From NCBI GenBank assembly GCA_965248195.1, contig CBDFIQ010000002.1, positions 1,312,001 through 1,376,000 on the forward strand: DNA of 64,000 nucleotides. Direction: 5' to 3'. Below the pieces are notes generated by a model that was not told the origin of the DNA, made no database searches, and saw nothing but the letters and a program-made list of their open reading frames with translations. Position numbers and translations under genes: made by a program. This stretch comes from Longimicrobiales bacterium. GTDB lineage: Bacteria; Gemmatimonadota; Gemmatimonadetes; Longimicrobiales; Gaopeijiaceae. Within the stretch, counting starts at the first letter, position 1, and every line of letters starts with the position of its first letter. Positions 43,172 through 53,667 of this stretch are shown here, one piece after another.

Positions 43172-44547
43172 GGTCAAGTCCCGATTTGTGTGTAAAAGCG
43201 GAGGAAGCTCCTCGCCTTCGGCTAGGCTGCTTGGGCGACCTCCTGTTTCTGGAGGAGTGAGAGGTCGAGGTAACGCCGGTCGCCCCAGACGTGTGTGGTC
43301 CTGAGTGCGACGGCCGTGATGAGCCTGAGGGCGCTGGCCCGGTCCGGGAAGGCGCCGGCGGCCTTGATCCTGCGTTTGATCTCGCCGTGCAGCCGCTCGA
43401 GGCTGTTGGTGGTACGCAGCCGGGGCCAGTGCGCCTCGGGGAACGCGTAGAACTGCGTCGCTGCCCCGAAGCCCCGCTCCAGGACCTCCACGGCCTCGGG
43501 CAGCTCCTTCTTCCAGCGTGCGCCGAACTCGCCCAGGAGCTTCTTCGCCTCGGCGAGTCCGGATGTCTGGAAGATCACCGAGACCTCACGCGCCACGCGC
43601 TTGCGTAGGCGGTGGGGGACCCTCGCCCCCACATTACGCTGCAGATGGACCGTACACCTCTGACGGCGTGCCTCGGGCAGGAAGCGGCGGACCGCAGCTG
43701 CCAGGCCTGCGTGCTCATCGGCGATCACGAGCTCGACACCGCCGAGGCCGCGGTCCTGGAGTTGCTCGAGGAGCTCCGACCAGCTCTGCTGCGACTCCTC
43801 AGCGCCCAGCGTGACGGCCAGGAGCCGTCGGTGACCCTCAGGGCCCACTGCATACGCCACGAGCGCACTCACGTTCTCGACTTTGCGGGCCCAGCGGGCG
43901 TCCAAGAACGTGGCGTCCAGGTACAGATAGGGGTGAGGCCCCTCGATCGGCGCACGGCGCAGCCCTTCCACGGCCTCGTCGAGCCGTTTTGCCACACGAC
44001 TCACCGTCGAGCGCCCAACACGCTCGCCCATCAGCGCCTCGGTGACGTCGCCCATCTTGCGCTGTGACACGCCGCTCACATACGCCTCGACCATCATCTC
44101 GTCGAGCTCGGGGCTCCTGCGCTGGTAGCGGCCGATCACGTCGGCCGGCGAACCGTTGTCCCGGCTCCGGGGCATGGCGACCTCGATCTGCCCCAGGCTC
44201 GTCAGCAGCCGCCTCAGGTATGTGCCGTTCCTATGGTCCTTCCGGCTTCCCACCCGCTCGAAGCGGCGTGCACCTACCATGGCCTTCAGCTCCTCTTCCA
44301 GCACCATCTCGAGCGTCAGCCGGATCGCGCCTTGAAACAGCTCGCGCAAATCATCGCGTAGCTCGTCTTGCGTGGCCCGACCGATCTCCACAATCTCTTG
44401 CATCGGAAGCTCCTCTCCGGTTCCGAGCCTGCTCTGCAGACCCGGACTCCCGGGTTCATGTGACAGTGAACAACAACAGAGGAGCTTCCGTTTTTCTTTC
44501 CCTCCTGTCCAGCTTATCCGCTTTTACACAAATCTAGGGACACTACC
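43172..44547 (-). mobile_element. IS256-family element, copy C, 9-bp DR AACGAGGCG
   Basis: Transposase 43222-44403; DR at 43163-43171 and 44548-44556. Confidence 0.96.
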
Positions 44548-45032
44548 AACGAGGCGCTGACCGCCTGCTTGTAAGGCCGGAGAAGGGCGTAGTCGTGGCG
44601 CGTCACCTACTCGAACCGAAGAGCCTCGAGGGGATCCGTCGTGGGGGCTCGTGAACCGGCAGGTACGAAGCGACTCGCGTCCACCCTCCAGAACCGCCAA
44701 CGCCACGCAGGCCCGAAGGGGCCGCCAGCTTAATCGCCTGTGCGCTTTGAGACCTATCGACTAGGTCTGCCAGACAGCAGTAATAGCTTGTCAGGTGTCG
44801 TCTCGGCCCAGTCGGATCGAATCTACTACTCAGTTACTCAGTAGCCGAAGGAGGCAAAAAGTACCCCTTAGTCGGATGAACCTCAAAAGAGTTATTCACA
44901 AAATGCATGCAAAACTGTGTAAATACGCGATAAATCCGGACCTACAGGTAGCCACAGAGGCACCCGGTATCTGGCATACTAGTTGCACCTTGGGTCAATT
45001 CTAGTCCACCAATATTTGGGAAAAAGTAACTC

Positions 45033-46811
45033 ATGATATCTAATCGATCAGGTTCGCATCAATCAGAATCTATGCAAGCCCTTGTTCCCATGGTGGATCT
45101 GTTCGCTGTGCTTGCGGTTGTGTTCATGATTCATTCGAACGAAGAAATCACTACCGCCCAAACGGAAAATGATGAAAGGATACAAGGGGTTGTTGCAGAG
45201 GTCCAAGAGGCGAGAAACGCGCTAGAAGCGATTGACGACGCAGAACGGGCCAGAAGAGAGCGCAGAGAATTGATGGCAAACGAGGCGACTAAGTCGCTAG
45301 AACAAATTCAAGAAGAGCGAGCGAGACAAGCAGAAGAGTTACTGGCGCAATTCACCGAAATGTTAGCGGCTCAACAAAGTAGCACCGATGCGGAATATGA
45401 AAACATCCTAGCTCGCATTGAAAACGATCTGGAACAACAGACGCAGACGGACCTGGAAGAGACAAGAGCAGAGCTGGAAATAGACCTTGAAACGCGGAGA
45501 TCGGAGTTGGCGGCGCAACAAGAACAACGCATAGAAGAGGCGAAAGAGGAATTTGACAAAATAATTTCGTCCACGGAAACGAGGCTTGCCAGTACCCAAG
45601 ATGCGCTCGATGATGCCGAACAGGCACGTGTTGACGCGTTGGCCAGACAGGCAGCACTCGACGAACAAAGGCAGGTCGAGGTGGCCAGGGCAGAGCAGGA
45701 GCTCAGAGCGCAAGCCGATCGTCAAGCCGCGAACTCGAGAAGGGAAACAGAGGCCGCGTTAGCAAGAGCCGAACAGGCACGAATTGACGAATTGGCCACA
45801 CAGGCAGCAGCACTCGACGAACAAAGGCAACTCGAGGTGGCCAGGGCAGAGCAGGAGCTCAGAGCGCAGGCCGATCGTCAAGCCGCGAACTCGAGAAGGG
45901 AAACAGACGCCGCGTTAGCAAGAGCCGAACAGGCACGAGTTGACGCATTGGCTGCACAGGCAGCAGCACTCGACGAACAAAGGCAACTCGACTTGGCCAG
46001 GGCAGAGCAGCAGCTCAGAGCGCTAGCCGATCGTCAAGCCGCGAACTCGAGAAGGGGAACAGACGCCACGCTAGCAAGAGCCGAACAGGCACGAGTTGAC
46101 GCATTGGCTGCACAGGCAGCAGCACTCGATGTGGAACGTCAAAGCGACCTAGACGCTCAGAGAACTGCGCTTGAACAAGAAAGGGAAAAAGCCCTGGCAG
46201 ACGCAGCGGATGAGCTTGCGCCTTATGTCCAGGCAGTCGAAGCCAAGAACCAGATCGTCAAAGAGCTCGATGAGAACTTCGGGGACTTCGATAATTCAGC
46301 CGTCGAAATAGACCCAGAGACAGGAACGGTAAGACTCCACTTTCAGGAGTCCTATTTTGCGATCGGATCTCACGAACTATCAGGAGAAATGAAGAGTTTT
46401 CTCAGAGCGATGATTCCCAGATATGCGCAAAGCATTTACGGAAACAGGGACGCTGCGGAGCAAGTAGAGTCTCTAAACATTTCAGGGATGGCATCGCCCA
46501 TCTATCAGGGAGTGTATATCGACATTTTCGATACATCTCCCGAAACACAGGAAGCACGCGAATACAATATGGCGCTGAGTAACCGACGGGCGGACGCCCT
46601 GTATGCCTTCATCTTCGATGAAGATGAGATGGGTGACTATGCGTTTCGTACTAGAATGGAAGCAGATATGAGCATTGCGGCACTGGGCTTCCAGAACGCA
46701 ACCCCTGTTAGGGATGCACTAGTGGGCAAACCTGCACGGTGCATACAGTATGATTGCCAGCAGGAGCAGGCTACGGTATTGCAGTTTCAGCTTTTTTCGG
46801 GAGGGTTGTAG
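45033..46811 (+). CDS. ZorB/MotB-like protein with long coiled-coil repeat stalk and OmpA-like C-terminal domain
   Basis: TM with Asp (MVDLFAVLAVVFMI); about 350-aa helical stalk; YFAIGSHELS...LNISGMAS...YNMALSNRRADAL. Confidence 0.75.
   Translation: MISNRSGSHQSESMQALVPMVDLFAVLAVVFMIHSNEEITTAQTENDERIQGVVAEVQEARNALEAIDDAERARRERRELMANEATKSLEQIQEERARQAEELLAQFTEMLAAQQSSTDAEYENILARIENDLEQQTQTDLEETRAELEIDLETRRSELAAQQEQRIEEAKEEFDKIISSTETRLASTQDALDDAEQARVDALARQAALDEQRQVEVARAEQELRAQADRQAANSRRETEAALARAEQARIDELATQAAALDEQRQLEVARAEQELRAQADRQAANSRRETDAALARAEQARVDALAAQAAALDEQRQLDLARAEQQLRALADRQAANSRRGTDATLARAEQARVDALAAQAAALDVERQSDLDAQRTALEQEREKALADAADELAPYVQAVEAKNQIVKELDENFGDFDNSAVEIDPETGTVRLHFQESYFAIGSHELSGEMKSFLRAMIPRYAQSIYGNRDAAEQVESLNISGMASPIYQGVYIDIFDTSPETQEAREYNMALSNRRADALYAFIFDEDEMGDYAFRTRMEADMSIAALGFQNATPVRDALVGKPARCIQYDCQQEQATVLQFQLFSGGL
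45615..46145 (+). repeat. 156-bp (52-aa) tandem repeat, about 3.4 copies
   Basis: gccgaacaggcacg starts at 45615, 45768, 45924 and 46080 (spacing 153, 156, 156). Confidence 0.93.
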
Positions 46812-46859
46812 GCCGCTCAAGCGGCATATTGACGCAAGCTTTTGGGTTAGGGAGTCATA

Positions 46860-49257
46860 ATGTTTAAATACGTATTCTCTTTAATTCTGGTGGTAATACT
46901 CTACTTTGTATTCTTTTTTGATATTGCGCTTACCAATGAGGCAATCGGAATCCTGTTTGTCGCGGGCATCCTTGGTTGTTTGGTTCTATTCTTATTTTTC
47001 AAGTTTGGTTTGCACTACAAAATAATGGGGCTGAATAGATTTGCGAATGCATTCTATTATTCTGTTTTCGAGTATAAGAAAGCTCAAGTAAGCCCTTCAG
47101 ACCTGACCTATATGGACAGTGTAAGGGAACAGGCGGAGGTCGCCCTTGCTGCAAACTTTGATCCCACATTGAAGACTGCCGACCTTAAGATTCCCGCTAC
47201 CCTCTATTCAGGAAAGGACCGGTCAAGTCCCGATTTGTGTGTAAAAGCGGAGGAAGCTCCTCGCCTTCGGCTAGGCTGCTTGGGCGACCTCCTGTTTCTG
47301 GAGGAGTGAGAGGTCGAGGTAACGCCGGTCGCCCCAGACGTGTGTGGTCCTGAGTGCGACGGCCGTGATGAGCCTGAGGGCGCTGGCCCGGTCCGGGAAG
47401 GCGCCGGCGGCCTTGATCCTGCGTTTGATCTCGCCGTGCAGCCGCTCGAGGCTGTTGGTGGTACGCAGCCGGGGCCAGTGCGCCTCGGGGAACGCGTAGA
47501 ACTGCGTCGCTGCCCCGAAGCCCCGCTCCAGGACCTCCACGGCCTCGGGCAGCTCCTTCTTCCAGCGTGCGCCGAACTCGCCCAGGAGCTTCTTCGCCTC
47601 GGCGAGTCCGGATGTCTGGAAGATCACCGAGACCTCACGCGCCACGCGCTTGCGTAGGCGGTGGGGGACCCTCGCCCCCACATTACGCTGCAGATGGACC
47701 GTACACCTCTGACGGCGTGCCTCGGGCAGGAAGCGGCGGACCGCAGCTGCCAGGCCTGCGTGCTCATCGGCGATCACGAGCTCGACACCGCCGAGGCCGC
47801 GGTCCTGGAGTTGCTCGAGGAGCTCCGACCAGCTCTGCTGCGACTCCTCAGCGCCCAGCGTGACGGCCAGGAGCCGTCGGTGACCCTCAGGGCCCACTGC
47901 ATACGCCACGAGCGCACTCACGTTCTCGACTTTGCGGGCCCAGCGGGCGTCCAAGAACGTGGCGTCCAGGTACAGATAGGGGTGAGGCCCCTCGATCGGC
48001 GCACGGCGCAGCCCTTCCACGGCCTCGTCGAGCCGTTTTGCCACACGACTCACCGTCGAGCGCCCAACACGCTCGCCCATCAGCGCCTCGGTGACGTCGC
48101 CCATCTTGCGCTGTGACACGCCGCTCACATACGCCTCGACCATCATCTCGTCGAGCTCGGGGCTCCTGCGCTGGTAGCGGCCGATCACGTCGGCCGGCGA
48201 ACCGTTGTCCCGGCTCCGGGGCATGGCGACCTCGATCTGCCCCAGGCTCGTCAGCAGCCGCCTCAGGTATGTGCCGTTCCTATGGTCCTTCCGGCTTCCC
48301 ACCCGCTCGAAGCGGCGTGCACCTACCATGGCCTTCAGCTCCTCTTCCAGCACCATCTCGAGCGTCAGCCGGATCGCGCCTTGAAACAGCTCGCGCAAAT
48401 CATCGCGTAGCTCGTCTTGCGTGGCCCGACCGATCTCCACAATCTCTTGCATCGGAAGCTCCTCTCCGGTTCCGAGCCTGCTCTGCAGACCCGGACTCCC
48501 GGGTTCATGTGACAGTGAACAACAACAGAGGAGCTTCCGTTTTTCTTTCCCTCCTGTCCAGCTTATCCGCTTTTACACAAATCTAGGGACACTACCAAAG
48601 GACCCTTATCTGGCCAAACTGCGGGCCAAGATTCGAGAAGCAGGGAAAATCAAGCTCGAAGCACGCCATCTCGATAGAAAAGCGGATGTGTTGTTAGGAA
48701 AAACCCAAGAAGAATTGGTGGATAAGGGCCTTACCGACAAAAAACCCACCAAAATACTAGATCGAGTGTTTGAGATCGAGAGTGGTGCGGCAGCTATTAT
48801 CGACTTGACCGTCGATGAAATTAGAAATCAAGGCTACCGTCGTGCGCCGGATTATGAAATCATCACCCAGATCGCGCTTGACGAGAATCCATATTTTTCG
48901 CGCACCTTTAGGTTCTTTGACTCGGAGGACATTGTTGGCGTCCTTTTCCGCACGCCCTTCATGATAATTCTGATCGGGATCATTGGTACATTTGCAGGCT
49001 TCTACCTGGCGTTGAGTCAGGGTGGCGATATCAAATCTGGTGCTTCCGTGGCAATTATCAGTTCGCTGGTTGGTCTTCCTGTTTCGTTATTTATGGAATA
49101 CCTAAACACGTTGTTTCCAGACGAAGGTCGATACCGACAGGCGTTCAACAAATTCAAAGTAACTCTGGAAATGCTCTTCAATCACGAACAAGAGCTTAAT
49201 AAAGGCCAAGGCGAAGGTGAAATGGAGCTCGCATTAAGCCGAACAAGAACGAGTTGA
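46860..49257 (+). pseudogene. ZorA/MotA/TolQ-like membrane protein interrupted by IS256 copy D
   Basis: Removing the IS and one DR gives a 1014-nt ORF (337 aa): two N-terminal TMs, a soluble domain, then TPFMIILIGIIGTFAG and GASVAIISSLVG channel-like helices. Confidence 0.75.
47221..48596 (-). mobile_element. IS256-family element, copy D, 8-bp DR AAAGGACC
   Basis: Transposase 47271-48452; DR at 47213-47220 and 48597-48604. Confidence 0.96.
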
Positions 49258-49354
49258 CGCATTGGCCGAACAGGAAGCAGAACTCGAAAAACAAAGGCTA
49301 CTGGAGCTGACCAGAGCAGAGCAGGAGCTGGGCCGACCCCCTAACCCACGATGA
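49238..49354 (+). repeat. Solo diverged copy of the 52-aa repeat, out of frame at the end of the MotA-like gene
   Basis: Reads AEQERVDALAEQEAELEKQRLLELTRAEQELGRPPNPR*. Confidence 0.85.
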
Positions 49355-49400
49355 CTATCTCCCTCCGTCGCTGCCGGAGGGATCAGCCAACAGCCTCCCA

Positions 49401-51116
49401 CTAAGGGGACTCCCCGCTCCCGCCTCCGATCAGCTTGTTCAGCACGATCACGGGCACGAGTCCGACGGCGATGATGAGGAGTGCAGGCACCGCGGACCGT
49501 GCCAACTGCTCGTCCGTCGCAAGTTGAAACGCGCGGGTCGCCAGGGTGTCGAAGTTGAAGGGGCGGAGAATCAGCGTGAGGGGGAGCTCCTTGAGGACAT
49601 CGACGAAGACCAGGAGCGCCGCGCTGATCAGGGTGCCACGGAGCAGGGGCAGATCCACCTTCCACAGCGTTTTCAGCGGGGGGACACCCAACGATCTCGA
49701 CGTGTCGTCGAGGTTGCCACAAAGACGTTTGAAGCCGGACTCGATCGGGTTCAGGGCCACTGCCAGGAAGCGCACGACGTACGCGAAAATCAATGCCACC
49801 AACGTTCCACTCAGCAGGAGTCCCGTGGGAGCATCGAAGGCCGCCGTCATGAACGCGTTCAACCGCCGGTCCATCCACACGAAGGGGAGGAAGACGCCCA
49901 CGGCGACCACCGCGCCCGGAATCGAATAGCCGAGAACGGCGACCTTCGACGCCAGTCGGAGCAGCGGCGTGGGACTCAGCCGTGCGGCATATCCGATCAG
50001 GAGCGCCCCCAACACCGCGATCAGCGCGGCGGCGAGCGCAAGGGAGAAGCTGTTCAGGATGAGTTGTAGGAATCGCGCGTCGAAGGCTCCCGATGCGGCG
50101 CGTCCGGCCCACGCCGCCAACTGGGAGACCGGCACCAGAAACCCCAACGCCAGCGGCAGGAGACATACGCTCGTCGCGAGCCAACGCCCCCTCCTGCCCA
50201 GCCTTCGTCTTACGGCGGGCCGATACCCTCGTGCGCCGTCATCGAAGCGCGCCCGCCCACGCTGCAGGCGCTCGAAGACGATGAGCGTGAAGACGAACAG
50301 GAGCAGGATTCCGGATAGACGCATTGCCGCGATCGGGTCATTCAGCGGGAACCACGCTCGGAAGATGCCGGTCGTGAATGTCGGTACGCCGAAATATTTC
50401 ACGGCGCCGTAGTCGTTGAGCACCTCCATCAGAACCAGCGTCAGGCCGCCGGCCACGGCCGGCCTCGACATGGGGAGGGCGACCCGAAAAAATGTGTCCC
50501 AGGGGCCGCGCCCGAGCGTACGTGCCATCTCCAGTACGGTACCGGATTGTCGGAGGAAGGACGCTCGGGCGATGACGTAAACGTACGGGTAGAGCACGAG
50601 CGCCATCATGACCATGGCTCCCTCGCGGGACATGACAGCGGCGCGGATACGCCACACTTCCATACCAGGCCATACGGCGCTCAGGGCACTCGGCAGCAGA
50701 GCGTCGTACTCGAAAACTCCGGCGTACGTGTAGGCGATGATGTAGGTGGGGATCGCCAGAGGCAGGACCAAAGCCCACTCGAAGGTCCGCCGTCCCGGAA
50801 AGTCGTACGCGGACACCAACCAGGCCGGCGCGAGACCGATCACGAGAGACAAGGCACCCACGCCGAGCATGAGGATGGCGGAGTTCCACACGTACACGGG
50901 CAGGACCGTATCGACCAGATGTCCCCAAATTTCGCTCCGGCGCCCGAGCACACCGAACAGGATCACGACGAGCGGCAGAGCCGTCAGGGCCACCACCACC
51001 AGGGCGGAGGCACTCCACCGTGTGAGGCCCCCCCGGAAATCCCCCCGCCACCGATGACGAAAAGCCCGGAGCGCGTTGGAAACGCTCCGGGCCTTCACGC
51101 CTGCAACGGCCCCTCT
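49401..51116 (-). CDS. Fe3+ ABC transporter permease (FbpB/FutB-like)
   Basis: Two EAA-type loops, LPLAIPTY, LGYSIPG and KELP.TL.LRPFNF.TLA; start uncertain. Confidence 0.9.
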   Translation of the reverse strand, partial: RGAVAGVKARSVSNALRAFRHRWRGDFRGGLTRWSASALVVVALTALPLVVILFGVLGRRSEIWGHLVDTVLPVYVWNSAILMLGVGALSLVIGLAPAWLVSAYDFPGRRTFEWALVLPLAIPTYIIAYTYAGVFEYDALLPSALSAVWPGMEVWRIRAAVMSREGAMVMMALVLYPYVYVIARASFLRQSGTVLEMARTLGRGPWDTFFRVALPMSRPAVAGGLTLVLMEVLNDYGAVKYFGVPTFTTGIFRAWFPLNDPIAAMRLSGILLLFVFTLIVFERLQRGRARFDDGARGYRPAVRRRLGRRGRWLATSVCLLPLALGFLVPVSQLAAWAGRAASGAFDARFLQLILNSFSLALAAALIAVLGALLIGYAARLSPTPLLRLASKVAVLGYSIPGAVVAVGVFLPFVWMDRRLNAFMTAAFDAPTGLLLSGTLVALIFAYVVRFLAVALNPIESGFKRLCGNLDDTSRSLGVPPLKTLWKVDLPLLRGTLISAALLVFVDVLKELPLTLILRPFNFDTLATRAFQLATDEQLARSAVPALLIIAVGLVPVIVLNKLIGGGSGESP

Positions 51117-52168
51117 TATCGCCATCCAGCCCGGTCGAAGACCATGACGGCCCTCGCGTTGAGCTCGCCCAGAACGGAAAGGTTCAGGGTATCGGGACGA
51201 AATTCTCCCCATTCAGTGAGGGTCTTCGCCCACTCGATGCCCGGCTTCACCGGATACTCATAGTTGGCTTCGGCGTACCCGGTTTGGGCTTCGGTGTCTG
51301 TCAGGAACTCCAAGAGCCGCAATGCGTTGTCCGGATTGGGTGCATGAGCGGTCACGCCGGCGCCACTCACGTTCATGTGCGCGCCGCGATCGCTTTGGTT
51401 GGGAAAGAAGACGCCGACTTTGTCGGCGAGCGCACGGTCGCGTTCGTCTTCACCGTTGAACAGGAGCCCGAGGTAATAAGTGTTCACGATGGCGAGGTCA
51501 CCGGCGCCGGCCGCGACGTCCCGGACCTGATCGCGATCCGCGCCCTGCGGCGCACGGGCCATGTTCTGGACGACGCCCTCCGCCCAGCGTTCGGCTTGTT
51601 CGTCGCCGTGGACCGCGATGATCGAGGCGAGGAGGGACTGGTTGTAGATGTTCTCGGAGCTGCGTACGAGGATCTTGCCCCGCCACTTGGGGTCGGCGAG
51701 GTCTTCGTAGGTCGAAAGATCCTCGGGCGATACGCGATCCTGGGAGTAGACGATCACCCGACCCCGCTGAGTCAGGCCGTACCAATAACCGTCCGGATCC
51801 CTCAGATGGTCGGGGACGTTCGTGTGGAGTGTCTCCGAGGACACCGCACGAAGGAGTCCACGTGCCTTGGCTCGCTGGAGGCGGCCCGCATCCACCGTGA
51901 CCAGGATGTCCGCTTCCGTGTCGGCACCCTCGGTCTCGAGGCGGGTGATCAACTCGTCGGCCGATGCCGTCTGGACGTTCACCCGGATACCCGTCGACTC
52001 GGTGAAGCGTCGAAAGAGCTCTTGATCCGTGTCGTAGTGCCGGTGGCTATAGACGTTCACGACGCCGGCGTCCTCGGCGGCTCCATCAGAACCCCCATCC
52101 CCTAAACAAGCCGCCAAGAAGACGACCCCAATGGCCATCCAAGGGCGAGCTCCGCTCAAGCGCTTCAT
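51116..52168 (-). CDS. Fe3+ ABC substrate-binding lipoprotein (FutA/FbpA-like)
   Basis: Lipobox LAAC; YSHRHY, NIYNQSL and VNTYY iron-binding Tyr motifs; AGGAGG RBS. Confidence 0.93.
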   Translation of the reverse strand: MKRLSGARPWMAIGVVFLAACLGDGGSDGAAEDAGVVNVYSHRHYDTDQELFRRFTESTGIRVNVQTASADELITRLETEGADTEADILVTVDAGRLQRAKARGLLRAVSSETLHTNVPDHLRDPDGYWYGLTQRGRVIVYSQDRVSPEDLSTYEDLADPKWRGKILVRSSENIYNQSLLASIIAVHGDEQAERWAEGVVQNMARAPQGADRDQVRDVAAGAGDLAIVNTYYLGLLFNGEDERDRALADKVGVFFPNQSDRGAHMNVSGAGVTAHAPNPDNALRLLEFLTDTEAQTGYAEANYEYPVKPGIEWAKTLTEWGEFRPDTLNLSVLGELNARAVMVFDRAGWR

Positions 52169-52191
52169 TACATTCCTCCTACATGAGGTGT

Positions 52192-52218
52192 GCTAGTTGA
52201 GAACCAATCTCATCTAGC
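52192..52218. promoter_or_regulatory. Palindromic Fur-like operator upstream of the iron transporter
   Basis: gctagTTGAGAaccaaTCTCAtctagc dyad, 24-50 bp upstream of the futA-like start. Confidence 0.65.
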
Positions 52219-52416
52219 GATCAAGAAGATCGGCTGTCCGGACGATCCATGCAAGTGAGGCACGTTTGGGAATCCTCCGGAGAGTTCCCCGGGGTTGCCA
52301 CCGAGGCATTGGCGACCACTTCCCCCGGGGATTATCTTTCGTGGCTTACCAGCCCTGTCCCATCGCGGCGGAGCTTAGACAATCCGAACATCTACGGCGA
52401 CACCCTGGAGTGCTCT

Positions 52417-53652
52417 TTGGCCGACTACACGCATGCAGTGATCCCCGCGGACGGAGACAGAATCACCAAGGAGGACGCCAAGTTGGTGGTGCCGGACCGG
52501 CCGATCATCCCCTTCATCGAAGGCGATGGCATCGGTCCCGATATCTGGCGTGCCACGCAGGCCGTAGTCGACGCGTCCGTCCAGCACGCCTACCAGGGCG
52601 CACGTCAGATCGTCTGGATGGAGATCTATGCCGGCGAAAAAGCCAATGAAAAAACAGGCGAGTGGATCCCGGAAGACACGTTCGAGGCGCTCCGGGAGTT
52701 CAAAGTGGGTATCAAGGGGCCGCTCACCACGCCGGTCGGCGGTGGGATTCGCTCTCTCAACGTGACGTTGAGGCAGGTTCTGGATCTCTTCTCCTGCATT
52801 CGTCCGGTTCGCTGGATCAAGGGGGTTCCGTCTCCCATGAAGGAGCCTGAGAGGCTCGACGTCATCATCTTTCGGGAGAACACGGAGGGTGTTTACGCGG
52901 GAATCGAGTGGGCTTCGGGCACCCCCGAGGCGGACAAGGTGCGTGCCTTCTTGGTTGAGGAACTGGGTGCGAACATCCGCGAAAACAGCGGGATCGGGAT
53001 CAAGCCGATCAGCCCTTTCGGCACGAAGCGCCATGTGGCAGCGGCGATTCGTTATGCGCTGTGCCGAAACCGGCGCTCGGCCACGCTCGTCCACAAGGGC
53101 AACATCATGAAGTTCACCGAGGGCGCCTTCCGTGATTGGGGGTACGAGGTGGCTGCGGAGGAATTCTCCGACCGCACGATCGCCGAATCGGCCGTTTGGG
53201 ACGGCGCAGATCCGACGGGAAAGCTTCTGATCAAGGACCGCATCGCCGACGCCATGTTCCAACAGGTTCTGTTGCGTCCGGACGAGTATGACCTACTCGT
53301 CACGCCGAACCTGAACGGCGACTACCTGTCCGATGCTTGCGCTGCCCAGGTGGGTGGATTGGGGATGGCGCCCGGCGCCAACGTGGGGGACGACGTCGCG
53401 TTGTTCGAGGCGACACACGGTACCGCACCCAAGTATTCCGACCAGGACAAGGTGAACCCGGGGTCGTTGATTCTTTCGGCGGTCATGATGCTGGAGCACT
53501 TGGGCTGGGACGAGGCCGCCGAAGCAGTGGAGCGGGGTATGGAGGGTGCGGTGGGCGCCAAGGCGGTGACCTACGATCTCGAACGGCAGATGGACGGTGC
53601 CCGGATTCTGAAGACGTCAGAGTTCGGCCAGGCCGTCATCGAGCATATGTAG
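52417..53652 (+). CDS. icd: NADP-dependent isocitrate dehydrogenase
   Basis: [34 protein letters not shown] and EATHGTAP motifs; TTG start after GGAG. Confidence 0.96.
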   Translation: MADYTHAVIPADGDRITKEDAKLVVPDRPIIPFIEGDGIGPDIWRATQAVVDASVQHAYQGARQIVWMEIYAGEKANEKTGEWIPEDTFEALREFKVGIKGPLTTPVGGGIRSLNVTLRQVLDLFSCIRPVRWIKGVPSPMKEPERLDVIIFRENTEGVYAGIEWASGTPEADKVRAFLVEELGANIRENSGIGIKPISPFGTKRHVAAAIRYALCRNRRSATLVHKGNIMKFTEGAFRDWGYEVAAEEFSDRTIAESAVWDGADPTGKLLIKDRIADAMFQQVLLRPDEYDLLVTPNLNGDYLSDACAAQVGGLGMAPGANVGDDVALFEATHGTAPKYSDQDKVNPGSLILSAVMMLEHLGWDEAAEAVERGMEGAVGAKAVTYDLERQMDGARILKTSEFGQAVIEHM

Positions 53653-53667
53653 GTGGCAGCGAGCTCT

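Larger units (their letters stand above)
23486..49400. mobile_element. Degraded genomic island anchored at tRNA-Ile2
   Basis: Integrase remnant next to the tRNA, 8 IS copies plus an IS fragment, many truncated genes and lower-GC blocks; right boundary approximate (no attR found). Confidence 0.75.

Noticed and set aside
45615..46145. 156-bp repeats as a CRISPR array
   Set aside because: Contiguous in-frame coding repeats with no unique spacers and no cas genes.
49354..49400. attR copy of the tRNA 3' end at the island right edge
   Set aside because: No match to gtcctgctgggccca seen by eye here or elsewhere in the window.
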